A stretch of 64,000 nucleotides of DNA from Muribaculaceae bacterium. Lineage in GTDB: Bacteria > Bacteroidota > Bacteroidia > Bacteroidales > Muribaculaceae. Where the stretch lies: NCBI GenBank assembly GCA_029051525.1, contig JAIDKG010000136.1, forward strand, positions 3,569 through 67,568, given 5' to 3'. This document shows, piece after piece, positions 9,764 to 18,714 of the stretch. Position 1 is the stretch's first letter; every line of letters starts with the position of its first letter. The translations under genes were made by a program, and so were the position numbers. The notes under the pieces were generated by a model that did no database searches, was not told the origin of the DNA, and was given only the letters and a program-made list of their open reading frames with translations.

Positions 9764-12700
9764 GTGAGTACACGCGACAAGTGGCTATGGGCATATCGTG
9801 TGGTGAGAAGCGTGCTTTTCACCACTATTATCTTTGTGGCCGTGGTATATGTGGGGCTATATGTGGTGCTCTCGGTGCCGGCTGTGCAGCGCGAAGTGCG
9901 CGATGTGGCCCGCGATGAACTGTCGCGCCTCGTGGGGAGCCGCGTAGAGATAGGTGATGTGACAATCAACCCCTTCAGCGAGGTGCTCCTCTCGGATGTA
10001 GAGCTTTACGAGCCCGCTCCGCAGGGCACGCGCTGCCTGCACGTCGACAAGATAGGGGCCGGTATCAGCATCTGGCAACTCGTAATGCACCGCGAGATCA
10101 TAGTGACCTATGCCGAACTCATCGGCATGCAGGCCGACATCTGCCAGAGCAGCGAGCACGGGCCGCTCAACATCCAATTCCTCATCGATGCCTTTGCCCC
10201 CAAGGAGAAGAACAAGCCCCCCACACGCTTCGACCTCCAGATACGCAACATCGTGATACGCAAAAGCGCCGCCACCTTCCATCGCTCCTGGAAGCCTATG
10301 AGCGCCGACGGCCGCTTCACCCCCGACCATATCACGGTGACCGGACTCAACGCCGACGTGGCATTGCCGCGCCTATCCAACGACCGCATAGAGATCGACC
10401 TGCGCCGACTGGCATTACTGCTGAATTCCTCATTCGAGATAAAGCGTCTCGCCGCAATGGTGACCATCGACCATGGCAATGTAACTGTGGCCGATTTCTC
10501 ACTCAATCTCCCCAACTCCCAAATCACCATCTCCGATCTCACCCTCCCCCTGGCCGACGCCGGAGGCGACTTCGGGAAGATGCTCCGCACCAACGACTTC
10601 CACATAGAGATGCACGGCGAGCATCTCGTGGCCGCCGAATACTCCCTATTCCTCCCCGGGCTCTCCACCCTCAACACCCCCTTCACCCTCGACCTCCTTG
10701 CCTCAGGCAATGCCGAGGAGATCGCACTCGAGAATCTTACACTCGAGAACCCCTACGAAGACTTCTCGCTCATCATATCAGATGCCTCCATAGCCAAAGA
10801 GGAAAAAAGCCTCTCCGACATCACATTGCCATCGCTCACCCTGCATGCCGGATCATCGATTCTATCGCAGGTAGTGGCAATGCTCCCCCAAGGCAACAAA
10901 GCGGGCCATCTCCTCACCGGCAGCCGCAGCATAGACCTCGACCTCGAAGCACTCGGTTCGATCGAGCGCCGTGAGGGTGAACTTACACTCGACCTCACCA
11001 CCGGCTACGGACCATTGAACCTCCGGGCCACAGGAGCCGCTCCAGGAGAGACACTGCGTGTGTCGACCCAACTCAGCAGCGACGGCATGGCATTGGGCAC
11101 AATTCTCGCCGCCCTGAAAGGGGATGCCGAAGGGGGTAGCCCATTCGGCAATGTGGCGCTCAACGGAGAGGCCGAGGCCACACTCAATCTCACAGCCCTG
11201 CGCTCACTCGGGTCGGCCAAAACCCCCGATGCCAAAAGCGACCGCCTCAACACCATGCTCCCCGAGGCTCACCTCGCTCTCAACATCCCACTCCTTGAAT
11301 ACAATACCTATCCGCTCCACGACCTCAGTGTGGCACTCCACAAAGATCTCACAGCCACCATGCTCGAGGCCGATTGCACCGACGACAACTTTCTCTTCGC
11401 CCTCAACGGCGAAGTGTACCCCGCCGGTGCCGAGACCTCACTGCAGCTCAATGCCGATGTGGGCCGACTGCATCCCCATGCCATGTTTGCCGGCAGCAAG
11501 CTCGGCGACTGTGTGTTGACCGGAGAGATAGAGGCCGACCTTACCGGTCTGACCCCCGACCAATTACATGGCAGCGTGACCCTCGACCATCTTGCTCTGA
11601 CCCCCCTCGACGGCCGGAAAGAATTGCAACTCAATCATCTCGGCCTATATGCCTCGCGCGATGCCGATGGATTGCGCCGCTACACCCTCGATTCCGACTG
11701 GCTCACCGGCAATGTGGCCGGCGACTTCCGTCCCTCCGCATTGCCCGGCATCGTAAAGAATATCATAAGCGGGGTGCTTCCCCCTACAATGCCATCGGCC
11801 AATGCCACGGCCACCGCAGCCCCGGCAGCCACCAACGCCTCCGGCAGCACATCGACCGTAGTAGCACACCCGGCGGCCACCACCCCGGTGATGGCGGCCA
11901 CCACCCCGGTGATGGCGGCCACCACCACTGCGGCCCCGACTGAAACCGACTATCTCGAATACGACTTCCGCATCTCCCGCGCCGGCAGCTGGATGGAGTA
12001 TCTCAATCTCCCCGTGCGCCTCCTCTACGAAGCCGATATCAACGGTGAAATCGATGCCTCTACAGGATTGCTCACCCTATCACTGCGAGCTCCCTACATA
12101 CAGCAGGGTCGCGACAAACTCATACAGCACAGCCGCCTCGACGCCAGGATACAACATGGAGAGGGGAGAGCCGAACTATTCTCCAGCATTCCCACCAAAA
12201 AAGGTGTGCTCGATCTCGATGCCGACATACGTGCCACGCGCGGCGACTACGACCTGCTGCTTGGTTTCAACCGAGAGAAGCAAGGTGGATTCTACGGCGA
12301 CATGCATCTCCAGGCCTCCGTGCATCCGGCTCTCAACAGCACAGGCATGGCTGTGACAGCCCACATCCTCCCCACCACGCTTTGGCTCAATAATGCCGGA
12401 TGGAGTGTGGGAGAGGCCACTCTGGCTTATGCCGCAAAACAGATTGATGTGGAGGGATTCTCCATATCCCACAAAGACCAATACGTAAATATCGCCGGCA
12501 CCGCATCGGCCGATCCCGAGCAGGAGGTCAACGTGCGCCTGCACGATATAGACCTCGACTATATATTCGATACCCTCAACATCGGCTATGTGGCCTTCGG
12601 CGGACTGGCCTCGGGCGAAGCCGTGGGTCGCGGATTACTCTCCTCCAATCCCGAGGCCTACACCCGCCGCCTCGATGTGAAAGACCTCAGCTACAACCAT

Positions 12701-14569
12701 GCAGTGCTCGGCGACGGCAGCCTGCACGGTAACTTCGACGCCGCCCAAAAGAGGGTAGGGATAACCGCCGACATCAGCGAAGATGGGCGCCATGTGGCAC
12801 TCATCGACGGCGGCATATGGATAGGGCGCGACTCCCTCTCATTCGGTGTGGATGCCGACAAGGTGCGCATCGGTTTCCTGCAGACCTTCATGTCGGCCTT
12901 CTCATCCAAGGTCGAGGGGCGCGCATCGGGCAAGGCGCAGCTCTACGGCACATTCAAAGATATCGACATGACCGGCCGCCTCTTTGCCGACACCATCCGC
13001 ATGAAGATTGACTATACCAATGTGACCTACAGCGGAAGCGACTCCGTAAGAATCGATCCCGGCCGGATCACCATCCCCTCATTCCGTCTGCACGACGACT
13101 ATGGCCACTCCGCCACCCTGCAAGGCACACTCAATCACGATTACTTCCGCTCCCCCGACTTCCGCTTCACCATAAGCGATGCCCGCAATCTGCTCGTCTA
13201 CGATACCGATGCCACCATGAATCCCATATGGTATGGGCGCATCTTCGGCAACGGTGGCGGTCAGATCGTGGGACGCCCCGGCTATGTGGGGATACTGGCC
13301 GATATGACCACAGTGGGAGCATCCAACTTCACATTCGTGCTCAGCGACTCGCAAGAGGCACTGGATTATAAATTCCTCACATTCACCGACCGCCGCAAAG
13401 AGGAGCGAGAAGCGCATGAGGAACCCGATCCCGAAAGTCCCGACGAGATAGTGGCCGCATTCCGCAAGAGGGTGGCCGAAGAGGAGAATGCGGAATCGGT
13501 ATTCGCCATGGATATACGCGCCACAATCACCCCCTCGGCGCGCCTCACGATCGTGATGGATCCCGTGGCCGGCGACAAGATCACCGCCCATGGTGCCGGT
13601 GCCATGAATCTGGCCTATAGCTCAGAGTCGAACGACATCAAGATGTATGGCAAATACACTCTGAGTGAAGGCACCTACAACTTCTCACTTCAGGACCTCA
13701 TACTGCGCGACTTCATCATCAAGCCCGGCAGCAGCATCTCATTCAACGGCGACCCCCTCAACGGTCTGCTCGACATCCGAGCAGCCTACCGTGTGAACAC
13801 CAACCTCACCGATCTCGACAAGAGTTTTTCGACCGACCATGACCTCAACCGCACCAATGTGCCGGTAGATGCCATGCTTCTCGTGCGAGGCGAGATGACC
13901 CAGCCCGACATAACCTTCGACATCGAACTCCCCACCCTCAACGACGAGGTGGCTCAGAAAGTGCGCAGCATCATATCATCAGAAGATATGATGAACCGCC
14001 AGATCATCTATCTCCTCGCGCTCAACCGCTTCTACACCCCCGAATATATGGGTACCGGCAATTCCGGCGGCGAATGGGCCTCGGTGGCATCATCGACCCT
14101 CTCATCACAGCTCACCAACATGCTCGGCCAGCTCACCGACAAGGTCAACATCGCCCCCTCGCTGCGCTCCGACAAGGGGGATTTCTCCGACCTCGAGGTC
14201 GACCTGGCACTCTCATCGCGCCTATTCAACAATCGCCTGCTCATCAATGGCAACTTCGGCTATCGCGACCGCACCTCGAGCAGCACCACATTCATCGGCG
14301 ACTTCGATATCGAATACCTGTTGCATCGCAACGGCAACTTCCGCCTCAAGGCCTACAATCATTTCAACGACCAGAACTACTATCTGAAGTCGGCCCTCAC
14401 CACCCAGGGACTCGGCATCATCTACCGCCGCGACTTCGACCGCCTCTTCCACCGCCGCCGTAAACCCGAGGCCGAAAAGAAAGTCCCCGCAGAATCCGGA
14501 GAAGTCAGCGGGCCGGAGGAGTCGGCCGGCGCTACAGAACCCACCGACTCCGTAGATACAACAGAATAA
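9764..14569 (+). CDS. tamB: Translocation and assembly module TamB family protein
   Basis: 1601 aa, N-terminal membrane anchor, beta-rich body, Bacteroidetes TamB C-terminus (NNRLLINGNFGY, GDFDIEY, LKAYN, TQGLGIIY); GTG start. Confidence 0.9.
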   Translation: MSTRDKWLWAYRVVRSVLFTTIIFVAVVYVGLYVVLSVPAVQREVRDVARDELSRLVGSRVEIGDVTINPFSEVLLSDVELYEPAPQGTRCLHVDKIGAGISIWQLVMHREIIVTYAELIGMQADICQSSEHGPLNIQFLIDAFAPKEKNKPPTRFDLQIRNIVIRKSAATFHRSWKPMSADGRFTPDHITVTGLNADVALPRLSNDRIEIDLRRLALLLNSSFEIKRLAAMVTIDHGNVTVADFSLNLPNSQITISDLTLPLADAGGDFGKMLRTNDFHIEMHGEHLVAAEYSLFLPGLSTLNTPFTLDLLASGNAEEIALENLTLENPYEDFSLIISDASIAKEEKSLSDITLPSLTLHAGSSILSQVVAMLPQGNKAGHLLTGSRSIDLDLEALGSIERREGELTLDLTTGYGPLNLRATGAAPGETLRVSTQLSSDGMALGTILAALKGDAEGGSPFGNVALNGEAEATLNLTALRSLGSAKTPDAKSDRLNTMLPEAHLALNIPLLEYNTYPLHDLSVALHKDLTATMLEADCTDDNFLFALNGEVYPAGAETSLQLNADVGRLHPHAMFAGSKLGDCVLTGEIEADLTGLTPDQLHGSVTLDHLALTPLDGRKELQLNHLGLYASRDADGLRRYTLDSDWLTGNVAGDFRPSALPGIVKNIISGVLPPTMPSANATATAAPAATNASGSTSTVVAHPAATTPVMAATTPVMAATTTAAPTETDYLEYDFRISRAGSWMEYLNLPVRLLYEADINGEIDASTGLLTLSLRAPYIQQGRDKLIQHSRLDARIQHGEGRAELFSSIPTKKGVLDLDADIRATRGDYDLLLGFNREKQGGFYGDMHLQASVHPALNSTGMAVTAHILPTTLWLNNAGWSVGEATLAYAAKQIDVEGFSISHKDQYVNIAGTASADPEQEVNVRLHDIDLDYIFDTLNIGYVAFGGLASGEAVGRGLLSSNPEAYTRRLDVKDLSYNHAVLGDGSLHGNFDAAQKRVGITADISEDGRHVALIDGGIWIGRDSLSFGVDADKVRIGFLQTFMSAFSSKVEGRASGKAQLYGTFKDIDMTGRLFADTIRMKIDYTNVTYSGSDSVRIDPGRITIPSFRLHDDYGHSATLQGTLNHDYFRSPDFRFTISDARNLLVYDTDATMNPIWYGRIFGNGGGQIVGRPGYVGILADMTTVGASNFTFVLSDSQEALDYKFLTFTDRRKEEREAHEEPDPESPDEIVAAFRKRVAEEENAESVFAMDIRATITPSARLTIVMDPVAGDKITAHGAGAMNLAYSSESNDIKMYGKYTLSEGTYNFSLQDLILRDFIIKPGSSISFNGDPLNGLLDIRAAYRVNTNLTDLDKSFSTDHDLNRTNVPVDAMLLVRGEMTQPDITFDIELPTLNDEVAQKVRSIISSEDMMNRQIIYLLALNRFYTPEYMGTGNSGGEWASVASSTLSSQLTNMLGQLTDKVNIAPSLRSDKGDFSDLEVDLALSSRLFNNRLLINGNFGYRDRTSSSTTFIGDFDIEYLLHRNGNFRLKAYNHFNDQNYYLKSALTTQGLGIIYRRDFDRLFHRRRKPEAEKKVPAESGEVSGPEESAGATEPTDSVDTTE
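11872..11927 (+). repeat. In-frame 21-bp tandem repeat (AATTPVM x about 2.6) inside tamB
   Basis: ggcggccaccaccccggtgat twice plus a partial third copy, within an Ala/Thr-rich linker. Confidence 0.85.
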
Positions 14570-14670
14570 GGGTGTAGCCCACGCCCCCGAAATTTTAAGC
14601 CACGCCGCGCTCTAAGTGACGCCGCGCTCTAAAGCAAGTATTATAGGCAATAACCATCGCGAATAAACCG

Positions 14671-14720
14671 AGCCACCCGGCTGCACAGTCTGAATCCAGA
14701 CTTGCAGCCGGGTGGCTTTT
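14671..14720. terminator. Terminator between convergent tamB and prs
   Basis: AGCCACCCGGCTGCA / TGCAGCCGGGTGGCT followed by TTT. Confidence 0.82.
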
Positions 14721-14780
14721 ATTCTGTATTGTGGGTGGTAGAGGTGGCCGGACGGGGGGGGCAGCCTCTGCCGCGATTAC

Positions 14781-15725
14781 TTATTTAAACAGATACTGCG
14801 AAGAGATCGACTGATTGTTGTGGATACGGCGGATAGTATCGGCAAAGAGCTTGGCTACGGGGAGCACGGTGGCTTTGCTGTTTTCACGAACGTAGGGGAT
14901 CGAGTCGGTGAAGATGATCTCGGTGAGACCCGACGACACCACACGGTCGGTGGCCGGATCCGACATCACCGGATGCGAGCAGAGAGCACGCACCGATTTA
15001 GCACCGAAGCTCAGCAGCAGGTCGGCAGCCTTGGTGATGGTGCCGGCAGTGTCGACGATATCATCGATCAGCACTACATTCTTACCCTCTACATCACCGA
15101 TCACGGTCATTTTCTCCACTACATTGGCCTTGGCGCGCTGCTTGTGGCAGAGCACGAGAGGCACATCAAAGTATTTCGCATAGGAATTGGCACGCTTGGC
15201 GCCGCCTACATCGGGCGAAGCGATCACCATCTCCTTCAGGTGGAGGCTCTCCAGATAGGGGATGAAGATCGAAGAAGCATAGAGATGATCCACGGGCACA
15301 TTGAAGAAGCCCTGAATCTGGTCGGCATGGAGGTCCATAGTAATCAGACGGTCGATGCCGGCCACGCTCAGCAGATCGGCCACAAGCTTGGCAGCGATCG
15401 ACACACGCGGCTTATCCTTGCGGTCCTGGCGCGCCCAACCGAAATAGGGGAGCACAGCGATGATTTTTCCGGCCGATGCACGCTTGGCGGCATCGATCAT
15501 CAGGAGAAGCTCCATCAGATTGTCGGAGTTGGGGAAAGTGCTCTGTACGAGGTACACCTCGGCTCCACGGATCGACTCCTCAAAACCTACCTCGAATTCG
15601 CCGTCGGCAAAACGTTCTACTTTCATTTTACCGAGTTCGATGCCAAGATCCTTGCAGATCGCCTCGCCGAGGTACTGGCTGTTGGTGCCTGCAAACACCT
15701 TGATGGGGGGAAGACTATTGCTCAT
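14781..15725 (-). CDS. prs: Ribose-phosphate pyrophosphokinase
   Basis: FADGE, ARQDRK, DLHADQIQGFF, SPDVGG, LIDDIVDTAGT; start set at MSNSL. Confidence 0.97.
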   Translation of the reverse strand: MSNSLPPIKVFAGTNSQYLGEAICKDLGIELGKMKVERFADGEFEVGFEESIRGAEVYLVQSTFPNSDNLMELLLMIDAAKRASAGKIIAVLPYFGWARQDRKDKPRVSIAAKLVADLLSVAGIDRLITMDLHADQIQGFFNVPVDHLYASSIFIPYLESLHLKEMVIASPDVGGAKRANSYAKYFDVPLVLCHKQRAKANVVEKMTVIGDVEGKNVVLIDDIVDTAGTITKAADLLLSFGAKSVRALCSHPVMSDPATDRVVSSGLTEIIFTDSIPYVRENSKATVLPVAKLFADTIRRIHNNQSISSQYLFK

Positions 15726-15771
15726 AATCAAATTAAATGTATGATGATGAAAATATGTTGTTATCAATCGG

Positions 15772-17616
15772 TCATGCTGTAGTGGCCGGATCGGCCGCTC
15801 CCGAGGCCTCAGCCTCGGGGTGATGCCCCGGGATCACCACCGGGAGTGCTTCCGACAGCGGGCGCAGTGCCACGCCGGGGCCGCTGAGGGGTATCACCAC
15901 CGCGTTGCGTCGCCCTATGCGCAGATGCATCGGCTGGGTGCGGGAGAGGTGGAGCGCCACCGATGAGTCGTTGAGCAGATCGGTGGTGGTGAGGATGCCC
16001 TCACGGATTGAGGCCATGTCGAATGCCAGATCCGGGATAGCCAGAGTGGTGGCCACATCGTGATCGCCGAAATTCACGCATATCAGCAGCACCTCCTCAC
16101 CATGATATCGCAGGAAGCAGAAGCAATGATGCGGGTCGAATCCCTCACGCCCCAGATTGGCATACATCAGATCGAAGAACGCACCCTCGCGCAGAGCCGG
16201 GCGCTCATTGATCATATTGAGCACCTTGCCGTAGAGGCGGCGCAGCCATTTCTCTTTGGAGGTGAGGCGCGCATCGTGGCACTTCCCTCCGTCATACCAA
16301 CGTCGCATCGGGTCATAGCTCCAGTAATCGAAGATAGTGGAGCGATTGTTGAATCCGGCAAAGCCCTCATTCTCAGTGGCCGATTCGCCAAGTTCCTGCC
16401 CATAATAGATCATCATGGGACCCGAAGAGATCATCGCGCTCACCACCAGATCGGGAATCACACGTGCCGGGTCGCCGGCAAATTCCACCGAACCATAGCG
16501 CACCTCATCGTGATTCTCGAGGAAATTGAGCATACGCGGGCCGATGCCGTCGACTGTCTGCCAGGCCGATGTGAGCTGGGCAGCCGAATAGTGATAGCGC
16601 TCGATACCCACAAGTTTGTCGTAGAGATTTACCTTATCATAGAGGTAATCGAAGCAGCCATAGTCGAGGAAAGGTCGGTAGAGCCCCACATCATATATCT
16701 CGCCGATGAAGATCACATCGGGGTATTTCTGTTTCACCTGCGGGATGGCCCAATGCCAGAAGGGGAGAGGCACCATGAATACCATATCGCAGCGGAATCC
16801 GTCGACCCCCTTCGAGGCCCAATAACGCAGGATGTGGAGCATCTTCATCCAGGTGTCGGGGATAGGGTCGAAATGGTCGGAATTGTCGCCGTAGTCGTGG
16901 CCGTAGTTGAGTTTTACGGTCTCATACCAGTCATTTTGGCCGCAGAAGGCCGAGAAGCAGTCATTGCCGGTGGCTTTGGCGGGAAATTCCACATATGGCT
17001 CCGTGCCCTGCGATTCGATATCGAAATGGGGTGAGAATTGCTGGTTGGTGATATAATAGTAGTTATTGTCGCGGCGGAAATGGAAGGTGGTGTCGTCGTC
17101 GGCTCCGAAATCACGGATACCGATCGGCGCGGCATCGGAGTGATACCGGCGCGCGGTGTGATTAGGCACAAAATCGATAATCACCTTCATCCCCTCGGCA
17201 TGCACACGCTCCACACACTCCTCAAACTCCCTCACTCTTCGGGCCGGATTGGATGCTATGGCCGGATCCACATCATAGTAATCCTTTATGGCATAAGGTG
17301 AACCGGCCTCGCCTTTCACTACATTAGGATTGTCGAGCGGAATGTCGTAGGCTCTGAAATCAGATTTGGTGGCATGCTCGATCACACCTGTAAACCAGAT
17401 ACAGTTTACGCCCATATCCCGCAGCGAACGCAGGAGCGTGGGCGTATAATCGGAGAGTTTGCCCGACCCATTCTCTTCGATTGAGCCTGCAAATTTATTG
17501 GTAGGATTGGTATTGGTGAATATTCTGGGGAAAGTCTGATAGATCACCGGGCGATCATTGCCTCGACCTATCGGAGAGGTATGGTGGGAAGTGGAGTCGT
17601 TCATCAGGGAGTTCAT
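15772..17616 (-). CDS. GH13 alpha-amylase family glycoside hydrolase
   Basis: DFVPNH, DGFRCD, GEIY and FLENHDE conserved regions; start overlaps the patatin stop. Confidence 0.92.
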   Translation of the reverse strand: MNSLMNDSTSHHTSPIGRGNDRPVIYQTFPRIFTNTNPTNKFAGSIEENGSGKLSDYTPTLLRSLRDMGVNCIWFTGVIEHATKSDFRAYDIPLDNPNVVKGEAGSPYAIKDYYDVDPAIASNPARRVREFEECVERVHAEGMKVIIDFVPNHTARRYHSDAAPIGIRDFGADDDTTFHFRRDNNYYYITNQQFSPHFDIESQGTEPYVEFPAKATGNDCFSAFCGQNDWYETVKLNYGHDYGDNSDHFDPIPDTWMKMLHILRYWASKGVDGFRCDMVFMVPLPFWHWAIPQVKQKYPDVIFIGEIYDVGLYRPFLDYGCFDYLYDKVNLYDKLVGIERYHYSAAQLTSAWQTVDGIGPRMLNFLENHDEVRYGSVEFAGDPARVIPDLVVSAMISSGPMMIYYGQELGESATENEGFAGFNNRSTIFDYWSYDPMRRWYDGGKCHDARLTSKEKWLRRLYGKVLNMINERPALREGAFFDLMYANLGREGFDPHHCFCFLRYHGEEVLLICVNFGDHDVATTLAIPDLAFDMASIREGILTTTDLLNDSSVALHLSRTQPMHLRIGRRNAVVIPLSGPGVALRPLSEALPVVIPGHHPEAEASGAADPATTA

Positions 17617-18437
17617 TTTTTACGTTTGGGATTGTTGATGGCCTCTTCGATCACATGGCATGTGGCATCATAGCCCACACGCACCGCCTCGCGGAGAGCC
17701 GTGAGGTCGAATGTGCCGAAGCGAGCGCCGGGAGAGCGCACCACGTAGTCGCAGAGCTCCAGGTCCTGCAGGGTGTTGGATTTCGACATGAGGCTGTAGG
17801 TGCGCATCGTGATGTCGAGCAGGGTGCCCTTGTACTTATAGTCGCGATCGAGCGGAGCGCAGTTGAGGCCATAGAGAGTGTGGCAATGCTTGCGGATAGC
17901 CCATGCCGGGAGATTGCGCAGCACACCGCCATCCACATAATTGACACCCTTGATTCTCACCGGGCGGAATATGATGGGGATACTGCAGGAGGCTATCACT
18001 CGGGGCACAATCTCACCCTTCGACCAACCCACCGATTTTCCAGCATCTATATCGGTGGCGCATACCACAGTGGGGATGGTCAGTTCCTCAAGATTCTTCA
18101 CCGGGAGCCAGCTGTCGAGCAGGCGGGCAAATTTATCCATCTTGAAGAATCCCGACTTCGGAAGGGTCACCTCGGCAAATGCACCGAAGGAATCATACTC
18201 CTCGAAGCATTCCATCATATCGTTGGGGGTGAGTCCGGCGGCATAGAGAGTGCAGGCGATTGATCCGGCCGAAACACCCGATACGATATCGGGCTTCATG
18301 CCGAAAGTCTCAAAAGCCATCATGGCGCCTATATGGGTGAATCCTTTGGCTCCACCGCCGCTGAAAGCAATCCCCAGACGGGGTTGCCGGCTGTTGAGTC
18401 CGATTCTTTCCAAAAGGCCCTCTATTCTAAATGCCAT
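17613..18437 (-). CDS. Patatin-like phospholipase
   Basis: GGGAKG, GVSAG nucleophile elbow, DGG. Confidence 0.93.
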   Translation of the reverse strand: MAFRIEGLLERIGLNSRQPRLGIAFSGGGAKGFTHIGAMMAFETFGMKPDIVSGVSAGSIACTLYAAGLTPNDMMECFEEYDSFGAFAEVTLPKSGFFKMDKFARLLDSWLPVKNLEELTIPTVVCATDIDAGKSVGWSKGEIVPRVIASCSIPIIFRPVRIKGVNYVDGGVLRNLPAWAIRKHCHTLYGLNCAPLDRDYKYKGTLLDITMRTYSLMSKSNTLQDLELCDYVVRSPGARFGTFDLTALREAVRVGYDATCHVIEEAINNPKRKK

Positions 18438-18541
18438 ATCCTGCGTTAAGCTGGTTAAAGGTCATAAACTAAGCCAATTGCAGAGTAGTCTGCGCCGGTG
18501 GAGAATACCCTCCTTCCGGAATAGGCTCTGCTATTACACTG

Positions 18542-18549
18542 CAAATTTA
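18542..18549 (-). promoter_or_regulatory. Promoter -7 element for patatin-amylase-prs
   Basis: TAAATTTG on the minus strand. Confidence 0.6.
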
Positions 18550-18672
18550 ATAAATCCTCTCCGACTATGAAAACAATTCATAGTGAAATCGGAATACCGA
18601 GGGTGCTTTTTTGTGGGTTAGAGTGCTCTAAGCTTTTTCAACGCTTATGGTCGCCGACCGGGGGAGGATGAG

Positions 18673-18680
18673 TAGTTTTG
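18673..18680 (+). promoter_or_regulatory. Promoter -7 element for the 756-aa gene
   Basis: TAGTTTTG about 35 nt upstream of ATG 18715, followed by an AT-rich translation initiation region. Confidence 0.6.
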
Positions 18681-18714
18681 CGCTCTAAATGATTGCAAAA
18701 CTTCAATTTAACTT

